Shown here: piece after piece, positions 10,328 through 20,797 of the stretch
Position numbering within the stretch: the stretch's first letter is position 1
Layout: every line of letters begins with the position of its first letter
From: a virus
Length of the DNA stretch: 64,000 nucleotides
Reading direction: 5' to 3' (one strand)
Virus record (IMG/VR): IMGVR_UViG_3300031088_000759
Notes under the pieces: generated by a model
Databases searched by the model: none
What the model was told of the DNA's origin: nothing
The model's input: the letters and a program-made list of their open reading frames with translations, nothing else
Program-made: the position numbers and the translations under genes

Positions 10328-10543
10328 TCAATCGTCAAATCCTTCATACAGGTACTCATCTTCTTCAATTAATGATTGAGGTTCATCATAATCATCAAGA
10401 TCATCTACTTCATCAACATTTAAAATATGGGTTAGTTGAGAATTTATTTCTCGAACCTTATCGTAATCCTCATTATCATAAGCAAGATCACGAGTATGAT
10501 AAAGTTCATCAAGGTAATCGTCAAAAACTTCCAGCGTTGTCAT
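10328..10543 (-). CDS. Small acidic hypothetical protein
   Basis: Start MTTLE with GGAGG RBS; D/E-rich; promoter TTGACT-N17-TATAAT at 10624-10652. Confidence 0.7.
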   Translation of the reverse strand: MTTLEVFDDYLDELYHTRDLAYDNEDYDKVREINSQLTHILNVDEVDDLDDYDEPQSLIEEDEYLYEGFDD

Positions 10544-10623
10544 AATTAACCTCCATATAAAAACAAATCCGTTAAAACTGTATAAATTCAAGAACTTGCT
10601 GCCTAATAATATCAAACGCTACA

Positions 10624-10652
10624 ATTATAGCTTAAATTTCAGCAAAAGTCAA
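10624..10652 (-). promoter_or_regulatory. Near-consensus sigma70 promoter
   Basis: TTGACT-N17-TATAAT. Confidence 0.7.
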
Positions 10653-10673
10653 TAGTTAATTAAAATTATATTA

Positions 10674-11012
10674 TTACAAAACAACAGGTTCTTCTTTTAT
10701 CGCAGTATCTTTATTGTCAAGAGATTCGGCTTTTAAAGTAAACTCTAAATCCGCATTGATTTTGTTCTTCAAAGCACGTTCTTTGCTGTCTTGTACATTT
10801 AAATCGTTTTCAAGCTTATATAGTGAAATCGTCATTAAAGTCATTCCTAAGCAAAACAAAATCACAAGATCGGATGAATAATTAAGAGAACCTATAACAA
10901 CAAGTATAGCACCTGTTGCTGAAAAGGCTAGATTCCTTAGTATAGTATTATGAAATACATTATACATTTTCTCACGGAATGTTAGTTTTACAGTCTCTCT
11001 TTTCTTATCCAC
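10674..11012 (-). CDS. Two-TM membrane protein
   Basis: Two hydrophobic segments, GTG start. Confidence 0.6.
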   Translation of the reverse strand: MDKKRETVKLTFREKMYNVFHNTILRNLAFSATGAILVVIGSLNYSSDLVILFCLGMTLMTISLYKLENDLNVQDSKERALKNKINADLEFTLKAESLDNKDTAIKEEPVVL

Positions 11013-11093
11013 CTATCTGCTCCATTTAGCTCTCATATAAAATATTACTTTTATTCATCAACATAACAAATATCACTCAATTTTTTGAAAAAA

Positions 11094-11122
11094 TTGACAG
11101 ACGAAAATTTTTTGTATAATAT
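11094..11122 (+). promoter_or_regulatory. Sigma70-type promoter
   Basis: TTGACA followed by TATAAT (15-nt spacer) or TAATAT (17-nt spacer), upstream of the 11159 ORF. Confidence 0.6.
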
Positions 11123-11158
11123 ATACAATATAAGACATCAACAGAGGAGATAGATAGA

Positions 11159-11410
11159 ATGCATAAGTCGAAGCGGAAGTGGCTCTGCCTGGACTGTGGA
11201 GACCACACTAAGTATGAGCACTACTTTTTGAAGAATGAAGTCTGGATGGATGAAGCACATATGGGAGAAGTAGGAATGCTGTGCATCAGTTGCGTTGAGA
11301 AGAGGATTAATCGCAAGCTGACTTCTTCGGACTTCACTGACGCGCATATTAACAACCCCAAGAAGAACATGATGAGTGATCGACTCCGCGCAAGAATCAT
11401 GAGCATCTGA
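11159..11410 (+). CDS. Small Zn-binding phage-type protein
   Basis: CLDC and LCISCVEKRINRKL..DF motifs; GAGGAG RBS. Confidence 0.75.
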   Translation: MHKSKRKWLCLDCGDHTKYEHYFLKNEVWMDEAHMGEVGMLCISCVEKRINRKLTSSDFTDAHINNPKKNMMSDRLRARIMSI

Positions 11411-11454
11411 CACAGCTTTTAAGCATGGTTTTTGAGAATGTTTAATGCACTTCA

Positions 11455-11600
11455 AAAACGCTTACAAAAACACCCCGAATAAAGCCGATAAACACGGAGC
11501 TATTCGGGGTGTTTTTAGTGCTTTCTGAAGACTTTTTTCAAAAAACCTTAAATAGACGGGGGGATTCTCAAAAGAAAGCAAATATTCAGAAAAACGCTTA
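11455..11600 (+). repeat. Dispersed non-coding element, copy A
   Basis: AAAACGCTTA (11455), arms aaaaacaccccgaata/tattcggggtgttttt with 19-nt spacer, G-run at ~11558, second AAAACGCTTA at 11591. Confidence 0.75.
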
Positions 11601-11655
11601 GGATACAAAATTGAAATATACTTAAATTATTTATCCAATCATAGATTTAAACAAT

Positions 11656-12168
11656 TCAAGCCTGAATAAAGCTGACATCCAAGTTGATGACTACCTTATC
11701 TGAAACTAACAAACCACCTGTCTCCAAAGCAGCATTCCATGTTAATCCAAAATCTTTCCTAGAAATAGTTGTAGAAGCTTCAAAGCCTGCTCTCTTATTA
11801 CCGAAAGGATCAACAGCAGTTCCAGCTTCCAAAACTTCAAATTCTACTTCTTGAGAAACTCCATGAATAGTTAAAACACCATTCATTCTGTCTTTGTGGA
11901 TCTCACCTGTAAACTCTAATGTAGGGTATTTTTCAACATCAAGAAAATCAGAACCTTTCACATGAGCATCCCTATCCGCATCACCTGAATCAAAAGAATC
12001 TGCTTTAACAGTTGCTTCAACTTTACCATGCAAATCCGATTCACTATTCAAAGTAGCTTTAACAAAACTAAAACCACCACGAACTTTTGAAATACCAGCA
12101 TGTCGAACAACAAAACCTACCTCAGAATGAGAAGGATCTAAATTCCACTTTCCACTAAAATCACTCAT
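11656..12168 (-). CDS. yceI: YceI family lipid/polyisoprenoid-binding protein
   Basis: WNLDPSHSEVGFVVRHAGISKVRGGF, RDAHVKGSDFLDVEKYP, DPFGNKRAGFEA, SRKDFGLTWNAALETGG. Confidence 0.93.
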   Translation of the reverse strand: MSDFSGKWNLDPSHSEVGFVVRHAGISKVRGGFSFVKATLNSESDLHGKVEATVKADSFDSGDADRDAHVKGSDFLDVEKYPTLEFTGEIHKDRMNGVLTIHGVSQEVEFEVLEAGTAVDPFGNKRAGFEASTTISRKDFGLTWNAALETGGLLVSDKVVINLDVSFIQA

Positions 12169-12284
12169 AATAAATCTCCTTATATAATTAATTGCTCTAA
12201 GTTAAACAATAATCTATTTAACTACAGGCAACATCTAAATATTTCGATTAATAATGTGACTTATATCAACAAGAAAAACACCAG

Positions 12285-12334
12285 TTACAGATGAACGGCA
12301 AATGCTCGAAAAAACATTTGCCGTTCATCTGTAA
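12285..12334. terminator. Long perfect hairpin
   Basis: ttacagatgaacggcaaatg-N10-catttgccgttcatctgtaa. Confidence 0.7.
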
Positions 12335-12345
12335 AACATATTCCA

Positions 12346-12621
12346 TCAAATATTCAAAAACTCTTCACGATGCATAGAGACAATAAGCTTAGCATCTTCA
12401 AGAGCCTTAAAACCAGAATCATTTACGTCAAACTTCTTCGGATCCGCAAGAACCCCATCAATAGTGCTTTCAACCATGTTCAAAGTATCCATAGAAGTCA
12501 TCCCATGACAGTTATTAGCATAACTGATAGCATAATCAATAAACATGCGATACTCAAAATCAGAGCTCTTCTCCTGAAGATCATAGAAATCATCCATCAG
12601 ATTCTTCATCATAGAAGGCAT
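12346..12621 (-). CDS. Hypothetical protein
   Basis: Start MPSMMK with AAGGAG RBS; TTGACA-N17-TATTAT at 12662-12690. Confidence 0.7.
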   Translation of the reverse strand: MPSMMKNLMDDFYDLQEKSSDFEYRMFIDYAISYANNCHGMTSMDTLNMVESTIDGVLADPKKFDVNDSGFKALEDAKLIVSMHREEFLNI

Positions 12622-12749
12622 AGTCAATCTCCTTAAAAGTTTCAACATCTCGTATACTCCTATAATAACTGACAAACCCACTATTGTCAAAGGGAAAGAC
12701 AATCACGGTATTTTAAAACAAAACTGCTCTGACAAAAAAGTTTTATTGA

Positions 12750-13061
12750 TCAATGGTTTTTCTTAAAGTTTTTAGAAGCTTTCTTGGCTTTTTTGTGGAA
12801 ATCCTTAACAAGCTTATCCAAATCACCATTATTCAGATTCTTAATATACTTATTCTTCTTAGCATTCTTCAAATTATCGTTAGTAGCTTTAATAAGTTCA
12901 GTCTTATATTTCAACCCGAACACAGCCCCAACAATACCACCAGTCACCAAAGCGAGAAACAGAAACTTCTTTTTAGAAGGTTTTTTAACCCCTCCGCAGC
13001 CCCTGCACTCACAATCACACTTACTATCTACATATTTGTTATCATCATCTCTAGTATTCAT
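12750..13061 (-). CDS. Small single-TM protein with Cys cluster
   Basis: CDCECRGC, TM segment, Lys-rich tail; AAGGAG RBS. Confidence 0.6.
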   Translation of the reverse strand: MNTRDDDNKYVDSKCDCECRGCGGVKKPSKKKFLFLALVTGGIVGAVFGLKYKTELIKATNDNLKNAKKNKYIKNLNNGDLDKLVKDFHKKAKKASKNFKKNH

Positions 13062-13180
13062 AAAAATCAACTCCTTATAGAATTGTTGAATAATATCTGA
13101 AAAACACAAACGACAGCTGATGCAATAAGGAAGAGCGACAAGTTTTTGATTAACTTGTCGCTCTTCCTAGAATTAAATAA

Positions 13181-13876
13181 TCAATACATCTTCTCCATAG
13201 AAGAACAAGAATCAAAAGGAATATTAGTATCTGAAATGTTAAAATTTTTAGCATTTTTGTTAACTCTTATAAAGACATTACCTAAACCAATGCTTGTGTT
13301 CTTCGTCAAAAAATCAATGCCATTTTTTTCGCTAAGCGATTTCAAAGAACTTACAAAAAGCTCACCTTCCTTTGAAACATACTTCAAAGGAATTCTTAAA
13401 CATTCAACATTCTTAACCTTCCAGCTCTTTAAAATCCCAAGTTCTTCTAAATCCGTATTTTTCACAAAAATATAGACAAACTTACCTTCATCTACCATAT
13501 CACTGCTATTAAATGGATTAACGTTTTTGAAGTGAGATTCAACAATGCAGAGCACTTTCGAATAAGAAATCTCCACACCATCAACAATCATAAAATTATC
13601 TAATAAAGAAACAATGCTGTGGCTCTTCTTAGAAACAACCATCTCTCTTCTGTTCGAATACAAAAAATATATTGACAAAGAAACATTGAACAAAATAGCC
13701 AACGAAACTATTATCAAAGAAAAATAGAAACCAACAGTTGAGAAAGCCCCTAAAAGAACAAGTAAAGAATACAGAACCATAGTTAAAGCTGAAACCCAAA
13801 TCAGTCTATAGTAAGTTTGGTTGTCATAGCGGATATCTTTTTCCACTAAATCAAAATCCCAGAGAAAATCTTTCAT
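13181..13876 (-). CDS. Membrane protein (2 N-terminal TMs)
   Basis: 231-aa ORF with two hydrophobic helices. Confidence 0.6.
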   Translation of the reverse strand: MKDFLWDFDLVEKDIRYDNQTYYRLIWVSALTMVLYSLLVLLGAFSTVGFYFSLIIVSLAILFNVSLSIYFLYSNRREMVVSKKSHSIVSLLDNFMIVDGVEISYSKVLCIVESHFKNVNPFNSSDMVDEGKFVYIFVKNTDLEELGILKSWKVKNVECLRIPLKYVSKEGELFVSSLKSLSEKNGIDFLTKNTSIGLGNVFIRVNKNAKNFNISDTNIPFDSCSSMEKMY

Positions 13877-14041
13877 GAAGATACTTCCATCTCCAAATCT
13901 TTTTTGTCAATTCTCAACACAATACAACCAACCCAAATAACAACATCTAAAAATTTATCAATCACAAAGCTAATCATTGACCCACTCTCCTTTACTCTTC
14001 ATCTACTTACAAAGTTTTAATCACTATTAATTCACAAAGTC

Positions 14042-14335
14042 TCAGTTATCAGTAAGTTCAGCACCACGTGCATCTTTGTGCCACTTATCACCTGGTTTAC
14101 TGACTAAAATAAGAATACCTTCTACTAATCCCCAAACTGCTGAAACCCAAGACAAGGTACCAATTGACACAACCGTAATCAGAAGCTGAGCAATTGCTTT
14201 CCCTGTGAAACCAAGATAAAAGTTATGGATACCCAGAAAGCCTACAAGAATACCTAAAATACCAGCAGCCAATTTAGACTTAGCATTAGGCATATAATCA
14301 GATTGTGGAATACTAGAAAAATTGTTCTGAGACAT
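14042..14335 (-). CDS. TM2 domain protein
   Basis: KSKLAAGILGILVGFLGIHNFYLGFTGKAIAQLLIT..WGLVEGILIL. Confidence 0.9.
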   Translation of the reverse strand: MSQNNFSSIPQSDYMPNAKSKLAAGILGILVGFLGIHNFYLGFTGKAIAQLLITVVSIGTLSWVSAVWGLVEGILILVSKPGDKWHKDARGAELTDN

Positions 14336-14505
14336 AAAAATCACTCCAAAGTATAGCAACATATTAAAACAGTATTACAATGAATATCTTAAACATATAG
14401 CCAAATGTTGCGAAATACTTAAAAATATTCAACAAAGCAACATTTGGCTATATAAAATGTCAAACAAGTTCAAAAACGCAAAGAAGTTAAATTATTTAAT
14501 ATTCA

Positions 14506-15117
14506 TCAAACTTGCGATTCAAAAACTTCAATATTTCCATCACCATCAGTGATCTCAATATGAATTGAATCCTCATCATACGAAACAGTTCCTTCAACTA
14601 CTTCGTATGAAACTTTTCCAGCCTCTTCAATCGAATTACGCTCCGCAGTGAACTTAACTTCTTCGCCTTGTGCCAAAGTTCGATAAAAACCATCTCCTTG
14701 ACGCATTTCGGTAATCTTATCCAAATCCGCAGTATCCATGATAGTGTTCTTTAGCGAACCTTCATTAATTTCAGCACCTTTAACTGGGACACTAAAAAGA
14801 CCAGTATCAACAACTGAACTATCAACACTTGCCTGGGCCTCAACAGGATTGTCAAAAGTTTCAAATGTAGCCTTCTCACTCAAAGCCACATTGCTAGCAA
14901 ACGCTCCTACAACACCAAGCACACCTACAAGAACAGCGGAAGTTTTAAAAAGCTTTCCATGACGCTTAGAAATCACAGCAAGTAGAACAACCAGTCCGAC
15001 TGCAATACCTAAAACAACAAAAGGAGCTAGAATAGCAAGTAACTCAACAACACCCGAACCAACAGTAATCATAATATTTTCCAATCTATTAAACAATATT
15101 TTATACAAGCTAATCAC
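14506..15117 (-). CDS. Membrane protein with extracytoplasmic domain
   Basis: Two N-terminal TMs; true start is probably MITVG. Confidence 0.6.
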   Translation of the reverse strand: MISLYKILFNRLENIMITVGSGVVELLAILAPFVVLGIAVGLVVLLAVISKRHGKLFKTSAVLVGVLGVVGAFASNVALSEKATFETFDNPVEAQASVDSSVVDTGLFSVPVKGAEINEGSLKNTIMDTADLDKITEMRQGDGFYRTLAQGEEVKFTAERNSIEEAGKVSYEVVEGTVSYDEDSIHIEITDGDGNIEVFESQV

Positions 15118-15205
15118 ATTATTACATAATTCATTAAAAAAGTCAAACTATAATCACTCAAATTATGAAACTACTAGACTTTTAAACACGATTCCCTCAA
15201 TTTTG

Positions 15206-15790
15206 TCAAAACAAACGAGAGCGAACAACTAAGTTATTATTACTAAAAGATCTCTTAGCATCATAATCTGATTCAAAGACTCTTCTAAAAGAAATAGCAT
15301 ACTTATAATCAGAAGCATCAGAAAACTGCGCTAAACCACTCTCAACAATAAACATACGGAGATTGAATTCACCATTCTCTTCAAAAGCCATTTTCAAAGC
15401 TGTAAAAATTCCCTCAGCCAGATTAACAACAAGTCCAAAAATTGTTAGCAAAGCAACATACAGCACAACAATGCTAAACAATGAATCAGGACTGAACAAC
15501 ATGAGTGTAAGAATAGTCAAAGCATGAGAAACAACAGCAATTGCCAAATTAGCTCGATAACGCCAAGAAACATATTCATCTCTCACCTCACAAGGATTAA
15601 GAGACAGATCAGCAGGATAATAAACAGTTTCCCGAGAAATAATATTATACTTAGAAGGCATGTAAAAACCTGATTTATCAGAATTCATCACATAATAACG
15701 ATTAAACCAAAGAGGAATAGTGTCAAGAGTAACTGATTCAAATGTTTTCACTAATAACTTACTAATAAAATTCATGATATCCCCATTCAA
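15206..15790 (-). CDS. Membrane protein
   Basis: Two central TMs; TTGACT-N17-TATTCT promoter upstream. Confidence 0.6.
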   Translation of the reverse strand: MNGDIMNFISKLLVKTFESVTLDTIPLWFNRYYVMNSDKSGFYMPSKYNIISRETVYYPADLSLNPCEVRDEYVSWRYRANLAIAVVSHALTILTLMLFSPDSLFSIVVLYVALLTIFGLVVNLAEGIFTALKMAFEENGEFNLRMFIVESGLAQFSDASDYKYAISFRRVFESDYDAKRSFSNNNLVVRSRLF

Positions 15791-15866
15791 ATAAACAATA
15801 TATATAAATGAGAATACCAGATACCTACTTGAAAGTCAATCCTTATTTCAACAAAATGTTGTCTAA

Positions 15867-16256
15867 TCAAGTATTGAGATTTTCTGGACTATTCACCAAC
15901 AATTTTTTAATACGAGTTGCTTCACCGTTGATGTACTCCTGTGCAAAATCCTTGTTCTCAGAAAATTGTAAATCAATGTCATCAGAACAATAGTAAGTAA
16001 TAACAGACACATCAGGATATCTACGAGACACTTCTTCAATCGGACCTTCATCAATAACACTTATCACATCGCTTTTTGAAGCAGCTTTCAAATCAAGATT
16101 ACTATCATCAATACGGTCCACTTCTAACCATAAAAGATCAGATTCATGCTCCCCCGGAGAGTTTAAGAGCTTAGCACGAATAGAGGAATATATTGAGAAC
16201 AATTCATCAATAACTTCTTCACCAGATTGAATAACCAAATTAATACGTGGCATCAT
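15867..16256 (-). CDS. Hypothetical protein
   Basis: 129 aa, AAGGAG RBS. Confidence 0.6.
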   Translation of the reverse strand: MMPRINLVIQSGEEVIDELFSIYSSIRAKLLNSPGEHESDLLWLEVDRIDDSNLDLKAASKSDVISVIDEGPIEEVSRRYPDVSVITYYCSDDIDLQFSENKDFAQEYINGEATRIKKLLVNSPENLNT

Positions 16257-16324
16257 AACTCCTTGAAACCATAAAGAGAACTTAACAAAAATATCATTAT
16301 GATAAAGAGAGTCAGATTAAATAA

Positions 16325-16633
16325 TCAGTTAACCCAAAGCATTGACATAAGCTGAGGTATTAAAACAGTTTCACCAAGTATAACAATTAAACCTGCCAAA
16401 AGAGCAGAACCTATAATACACGCCAGCAGAAACCACAAAAATTGCTCAACATTGAAACTTTTTGGCGAAACAACAACCATTCCTGAACTCACAAGAACAC
16501 TACAAGCCAACAACGGAACAGAAAGTAGAAGCACTACCATTAACTCGCTAAACACAACAAACTGATAAATTGTAAAAATTTCATCTATGAACAATAACAG
16601 TGGCATAGCATCATACATCAGATAACCTTTCAA
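16325..16633 (-). CDS. Small membrane protein
   Basis: Hydrophobic; TTGACC-N17-TACAAT promoter upstream. Confidence 0.55.
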   Translation of the reverse strand: MKGYLMYDAMPLLLFIDEIFTIYQFVVFSELMVVLLLSVPLLACSVLVSSGMVVVSPKSFNVEQFLWFLLACIIGSALLAGLIVILGETVLIPQLMSMLWVN

Positions 16634-16767
16634 AGTACAATTGTCAATGCTTTATTGTAGCTTAATATGAACAATAGGTCAAGAGTACACATGAGTCAAT
16701 TCTTTGATTTCGGAGTATACAACAACAATAATTCACCGATTTTCTATTGTTTAGCTATGGAGAAAAT

Positions 16768-17004
16768 TCAGTCTTCGTCAAACCATTCAAGAGGTTCTGA
16801 CATTGATTTCATTATTTCCGGATCTGACAAGATATCAGAATGATCCTTCCATTGGTTCAACAATAACCCGAAATCGCTATAATCTCCAGATTTGTTGCTT
16901 GCTGATAATACTAATTCTAATTCTCTGTCTAATGTGATTCGATCTTCTACAGGCAATGATGACACCCATGGTAGCAATTCTTCAATATTTGAATAATTTC
17001 TCAT
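16768..17004 (-). CDS. Orphan protein resembling the C-terminal domain of actinobacterial putative antitoxins
   Basis: LPWVSSLPVEDR...LLNQWKDHSDILSDPEI pattern; AAGGAG RBS. Confidence 0.5.
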   Translation of the reverse strand: MRNYSNIEELLPWVSSLPVEDRITLDRELELVLSASNKSGDYSDFGLLLNQWKDHSDILSDPEIMKSMSEPLEWFDED

Positions 17005-17250
17005 TATAAAACTCCTTCATTTTAAAGCTTTGATAATAGAACAGATTATACATTTTTAGAATCAAGAGCTATGGTATGCCAACCAATCGTTGTCTTCCTT
17101 GTCATTTTGTAGGAACAATAATCTTACTCTCTGCTTCATTCTCATCAATAAATGATTCTGTTGTTCTTTTCTTTCTCACAGAAACTCCTTGAATCTTTTA
17201 ATTATTCACTTACAGGTCAACTATACTATCAAAAGATAAAAATACCTCAA

Positions 17251-17303
17251 AGTCATTTTTAAACTTTGAGGTATTTTTATCTTTGCTGATCAGAATGCCC
17301 AGT
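17251..17303. terminator. Hairpin overlapping the nrdF 3' end region
   Basis: aaagataaaaatacctcaaagt-N9-actttgaggtatttttatcttt; the stem lies just downstream of the nrdF stop. Confidence 0.65.
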
Positions 17304-18306
17304 CATCATCTTCGGTTTCTTCATTATTTGCTATAATGTAGGTAGAGCCGGAACCGCTGAAAAAGTCGTGATTCTCGCCGCTTGTTGGACCCAAAGAAGA
17401 AAGAATTTGGGGACTAACCTGTGTTTCCTCAGCGCTGAATTTAGCTTCAAAACCAAGATTGTTCAGAGCCTTATTAGCGTTATATTTCAAAAACGCTTTA
17501 ACTTCTTCAGCTAAACCAATAGCATCGTAAATACTTTCAGTATAATCATCTTCATTAGCATAAAGAGCATCCATTAGTTCCATTGTAAAATCGTAGAGCT
17601 CTTTCTGTCGTTCGGGGGAAGCTTCTTTGTATGCTAATTGGAATTTATAAGAAATATAGTATCCGTGTATGCTCTCGTCTCTGATTATTAAGCGTATTAT
17701 ATCAGCTGTATTTGTTAATTTTCCTTTACTTGACCACCATAAGGGCATGAAGAAGCCAGAATAGAACAAAAATGATTCAAGCATTGTTGAAGCAATCTTT
17801 CTTTTTTCAGGATCATCAGCACGATAGTAATGAAGAATGATAGCTTGCTTACGTTTTAAGTATTCATTGTCTTTTGCCCAACGAAAAGCCTCTTTAATTT
17901 CGGGGGAAGAAATCAACGTTGAGAAAATTGAAGAATAAGATTTAGCGTGCACTGATTCCATAAAAGCAATATTTGTATAAACAGCTTCTTCATGTTGAGT
18001 CCTTGCGTCAGGAATAAGACTAATAGCACCTACAGAGGATTGTACAGTATCCAGTAATGTCAATCCCATAAATACTTTAACTGTTGCTGTTTTTTCTTCT
18101 TCGGTCATAGTCCCCCATGAGGGGAGATCGTTTGATAACGCCACCTTCGTGTCCAGCCAAAAGTTTTGAGTAAGTTTCTCCCAGATTTCTTTATCCTTTG
18201 GATCTTCAACTTCATTCCAATTGATAGGTTCGACAAGTTCCACATCATCAATGTTAAATTTATCTAAAACACCATAGTCAACTTCAGTGTGTAAATTTTC
18301 AGTCAT
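17290..18306 (-). CDS. nrdF: Class Ib ribonucleotide reductase beta subunit
   Basis: PINWN, NFWLDTKVALSND, GLTLLDTVQ, ESVHAKSYSSIFSTL, LESFLFYSGF, IIRDESIHG, NHDFFSGSGS..DDDWAF. Confidence 0.97.
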   Translation of the reverse strand: MTENLHTEVDYGVLDKFNIDDVELVEPINWNEVEDPKDKEIWEKLTQNFWLDTKVALSNDLPSWGTMTEEEKTATVKVFMGLTLLDTVQSSVGAISLIPDARTQHEEAVYTNIAFMESVHAKSYSSIFSTLISSPEIKEAFRWAKDNEYLKRKQAIILHYYRADDPEKRKIASTMLESFLFYSGFFMPLWWSSKGKLTNTADIIRLIIRDESIHGYYISYKFQLAYKEASPERQKELYDFTMELMDALYANEDDYTESIYDAIGLAEEVKAFLKYNANKALNNLGFEAKFSAEETQVSPQILSSLGPTSGENHDFFSGSGSTYIIANNEETEDDDWAF

Positions 18307-18348
18307 ATTCTTTCATTCTCCTAATTGTTCTTGCTTCGTACGTATTTT

Positions 18349-20444
18349 TTAACAAAGGTTGTTAACCAATATCTTAACAAACTTTGTTTTACCACAGTCA
18401 TATATTTTATATAGATTATTTAAGTGAGCTAATTTACTTTCTGTCATACCTTCTTCAAATTTCAATTCAGGGTCGTTTCGGAACCTTTTCAAGCGATAAT
18501 TAAATTTATGAATACGAGAGTTTTTAACAACGTATGAATAATCAGGTCTTAACTCATACTCTTTGACAAAACCGTGATTTTCATAGAGTTTTCCATTGCT
18601 TACACTGTGATCAGCGAATGTACTAATTTTTTTAATGTTATGATTAGATTTCTCAAAATAGTTTAAAAGTTTTGTAAATCCGCCTACTACTATATGGGAG
18701 GTGGCATATCTGACTAATTCGGCTTCTGTTTCATTTCTTTTTTTAAACACCATAACAGCAGTAAGTATATCAGTATTTTTTGTGAATAGTCCTGTTCTAA
18801 TGCTTCCGTCTGTTGTTCCTTGTATATGATTTTGTTCAAGAAAGTCATCTGCTTCTTTTTTGCTGATTTGTTTGATAACGGTTTTTCGTGCGTAAATTTT
18901 TTCTTGCTGTGAAAAACCTATTTTGTGTGAGAGCATCTGTTTAATAAGCTTTTTTTGGTCTCTCCAGTCATCTTCCCATATAGTTATTAACTGTATTCCT
19001 TTTTCTTGGCATTGTTTCCATTTATCATAGTGATAGTTTCTTTTTGTCCCCGTTTTTTCACTATGCCAATATAAACCGTTAAATTCTATAGCAATTTTCT
19101 TTTCTGGAATATAATGTCAAGTTCAGCTTTGCCTTTCAACAAATTTCTTGAATTAGGAATAATTTGTACATTATTATATGACAAGAATTCTGCTATTTCT
19201 TTTTCGGGTTTGGAGGTTTGTTGAGAAGCTGCACAATTAGGACAACCAGCACCATTGTTTCTCCAAGCTAACATAGATACCCATTCGTGCCCTTTTTCGC
19301 ATATCCACCACACTTTTTTGTTCGAACCTGCAATTACATCGTAAGGGTCAATAATATTTTTTTCAAAGTTCCATTCTTTAAACAAAGATGGATTTTGAGA
19401 TGGTAAATCATTAACTCCTTTAACAATTTGTTTATTAATACATACTAAACATTTTGAATTATTAGAAGTCATACTCCATACTGATTGAACCCATTCATGA
19501 CCACATTCATCATTTTTCCACCATACTTTTGTTTCAATTCCAGCTGTTAATGTGCCTATATCTATTCCATAGTTTTTTTCTTTATGAAAACGTTTTGCTA
19601 TTTCAGGATGAGTAAATTGAATGCTCTGACAAACTGGACAAGACATATCAAGAACTTTTGTCATTGTATCTATACTTTTATGCCATTCATGTCCGCATTT
19701 ATCAGTCCATATCACTTTTTCCTTCCCACTTGTTCCAATCTCAGTAGCACTTTTTCTGTTCTTAGATGACCATAGTTTTGCTAAGTCAGGTCGTTTTGTT
19801 GCTAGATCATTGAATCCTTGTAAAATTCTTTGTCCAGAGCAATAAGGACAGTTTTGATTATCTCTCACTCTTCCGCGTAACTCACTTTGCCAAGAATGCC
19901 CACACTTTTTGCCTATCCACCATATTTTTTCTCCTGAACCATATCTGATTTGAAAAGGGTCAATAGAATTTTTTTCGTAATCCCATTCTTTCAATAATTC
20001 AGGAAAATTTTCGCCTAAACTCACACATTGAATACACTTGCCATAACCTCTATGTCGATAAACAATTGATGCAGTCCATGAATGATTACGGCTACATTTC
20101 CAGAAGACTTCTGTATTACTGTTGAATTTTGTATTTTCCGGAGCAATGTTGTTTTCACCGTTTTTACTGTAATCCCATTCATTTAATAATTCAGGGTGTT
20201 TAGTTGAAAAATCATTGAATCCTGTCAACAACTTTTTATTTGAGCAATATGGACAAATATTTTTTCGTAATGTTTTCGTATAATTCTGGACTCGCATGTT
20301 GAATGAATGTCCTAAATCGCATTTCCACCATACCATCTTACTAGAACCGATTGTCAAAGAACTAAAATTAACACCATCATTCTTCTCAAAGTCATAGTTT
20401 TCAGCTCTGTCATGGTTTGACAATAAATCCATAATATTCTCCAA
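18349..20444 (-). pseudogene. Zinc-ribbon-repeat homing endonuclease (Vsr/Hef-like), split by a 1-nt frameshift near 19112
   Basis: Repeated WWKC..GH.W..CPYC zinc ribbons. Restoring one T gives ELDIYIPEKKIAIEFNGLYWHSEK..GIQLITIWEDDW, in frame with ORF 18349-18936 (ELVRYA..GGFTKLL..YDCGK). Confidence 0.85.
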
Positions 20445-20797
20445 CAGTTCTCAACATTCTCATATATCTTTATATTAACATTTTTTGTTGAATTTATTAG
20501 GAAATTTTACAAGAAATTACATTAAGTAACAGGTGGTTTAATAAGGACAGCAAAGAAATTTCACATTGGTGATGATGTAATTGTTCTTGAATTAGTTGAA
20601 GAATCAAAAGAGTGAGAATTATGGTTTAGCAGAAACTAAAAAATTTGATAATAGTTAAGAAATCATTATTATTACACTGCATTTCAATATGAGATCTAAT
20701 AAGAAGCACACCTGAAATTTTGTATCATTCAGGTGTGCTTCTATAATTCAATATTTTTTTTATTATGAACGATTTAATTTTATAAATTCTTCATAAA

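Noticed and set aside
17060-17190. Short minus-strand ORF with AAGGAG RBS
   Set aside because: Stops after ~25 codons. A frameshifted remnant is possible, but there is nothing to identify.
20526-20615. Coding-like fragment VTGGLIRTAKKFHIGDDVIVLELVEESKE*
   Set aside because: No start codon or RBS and only 29 codons. It may be a gene remnant beside the homing endonuclease but cannot be supported.
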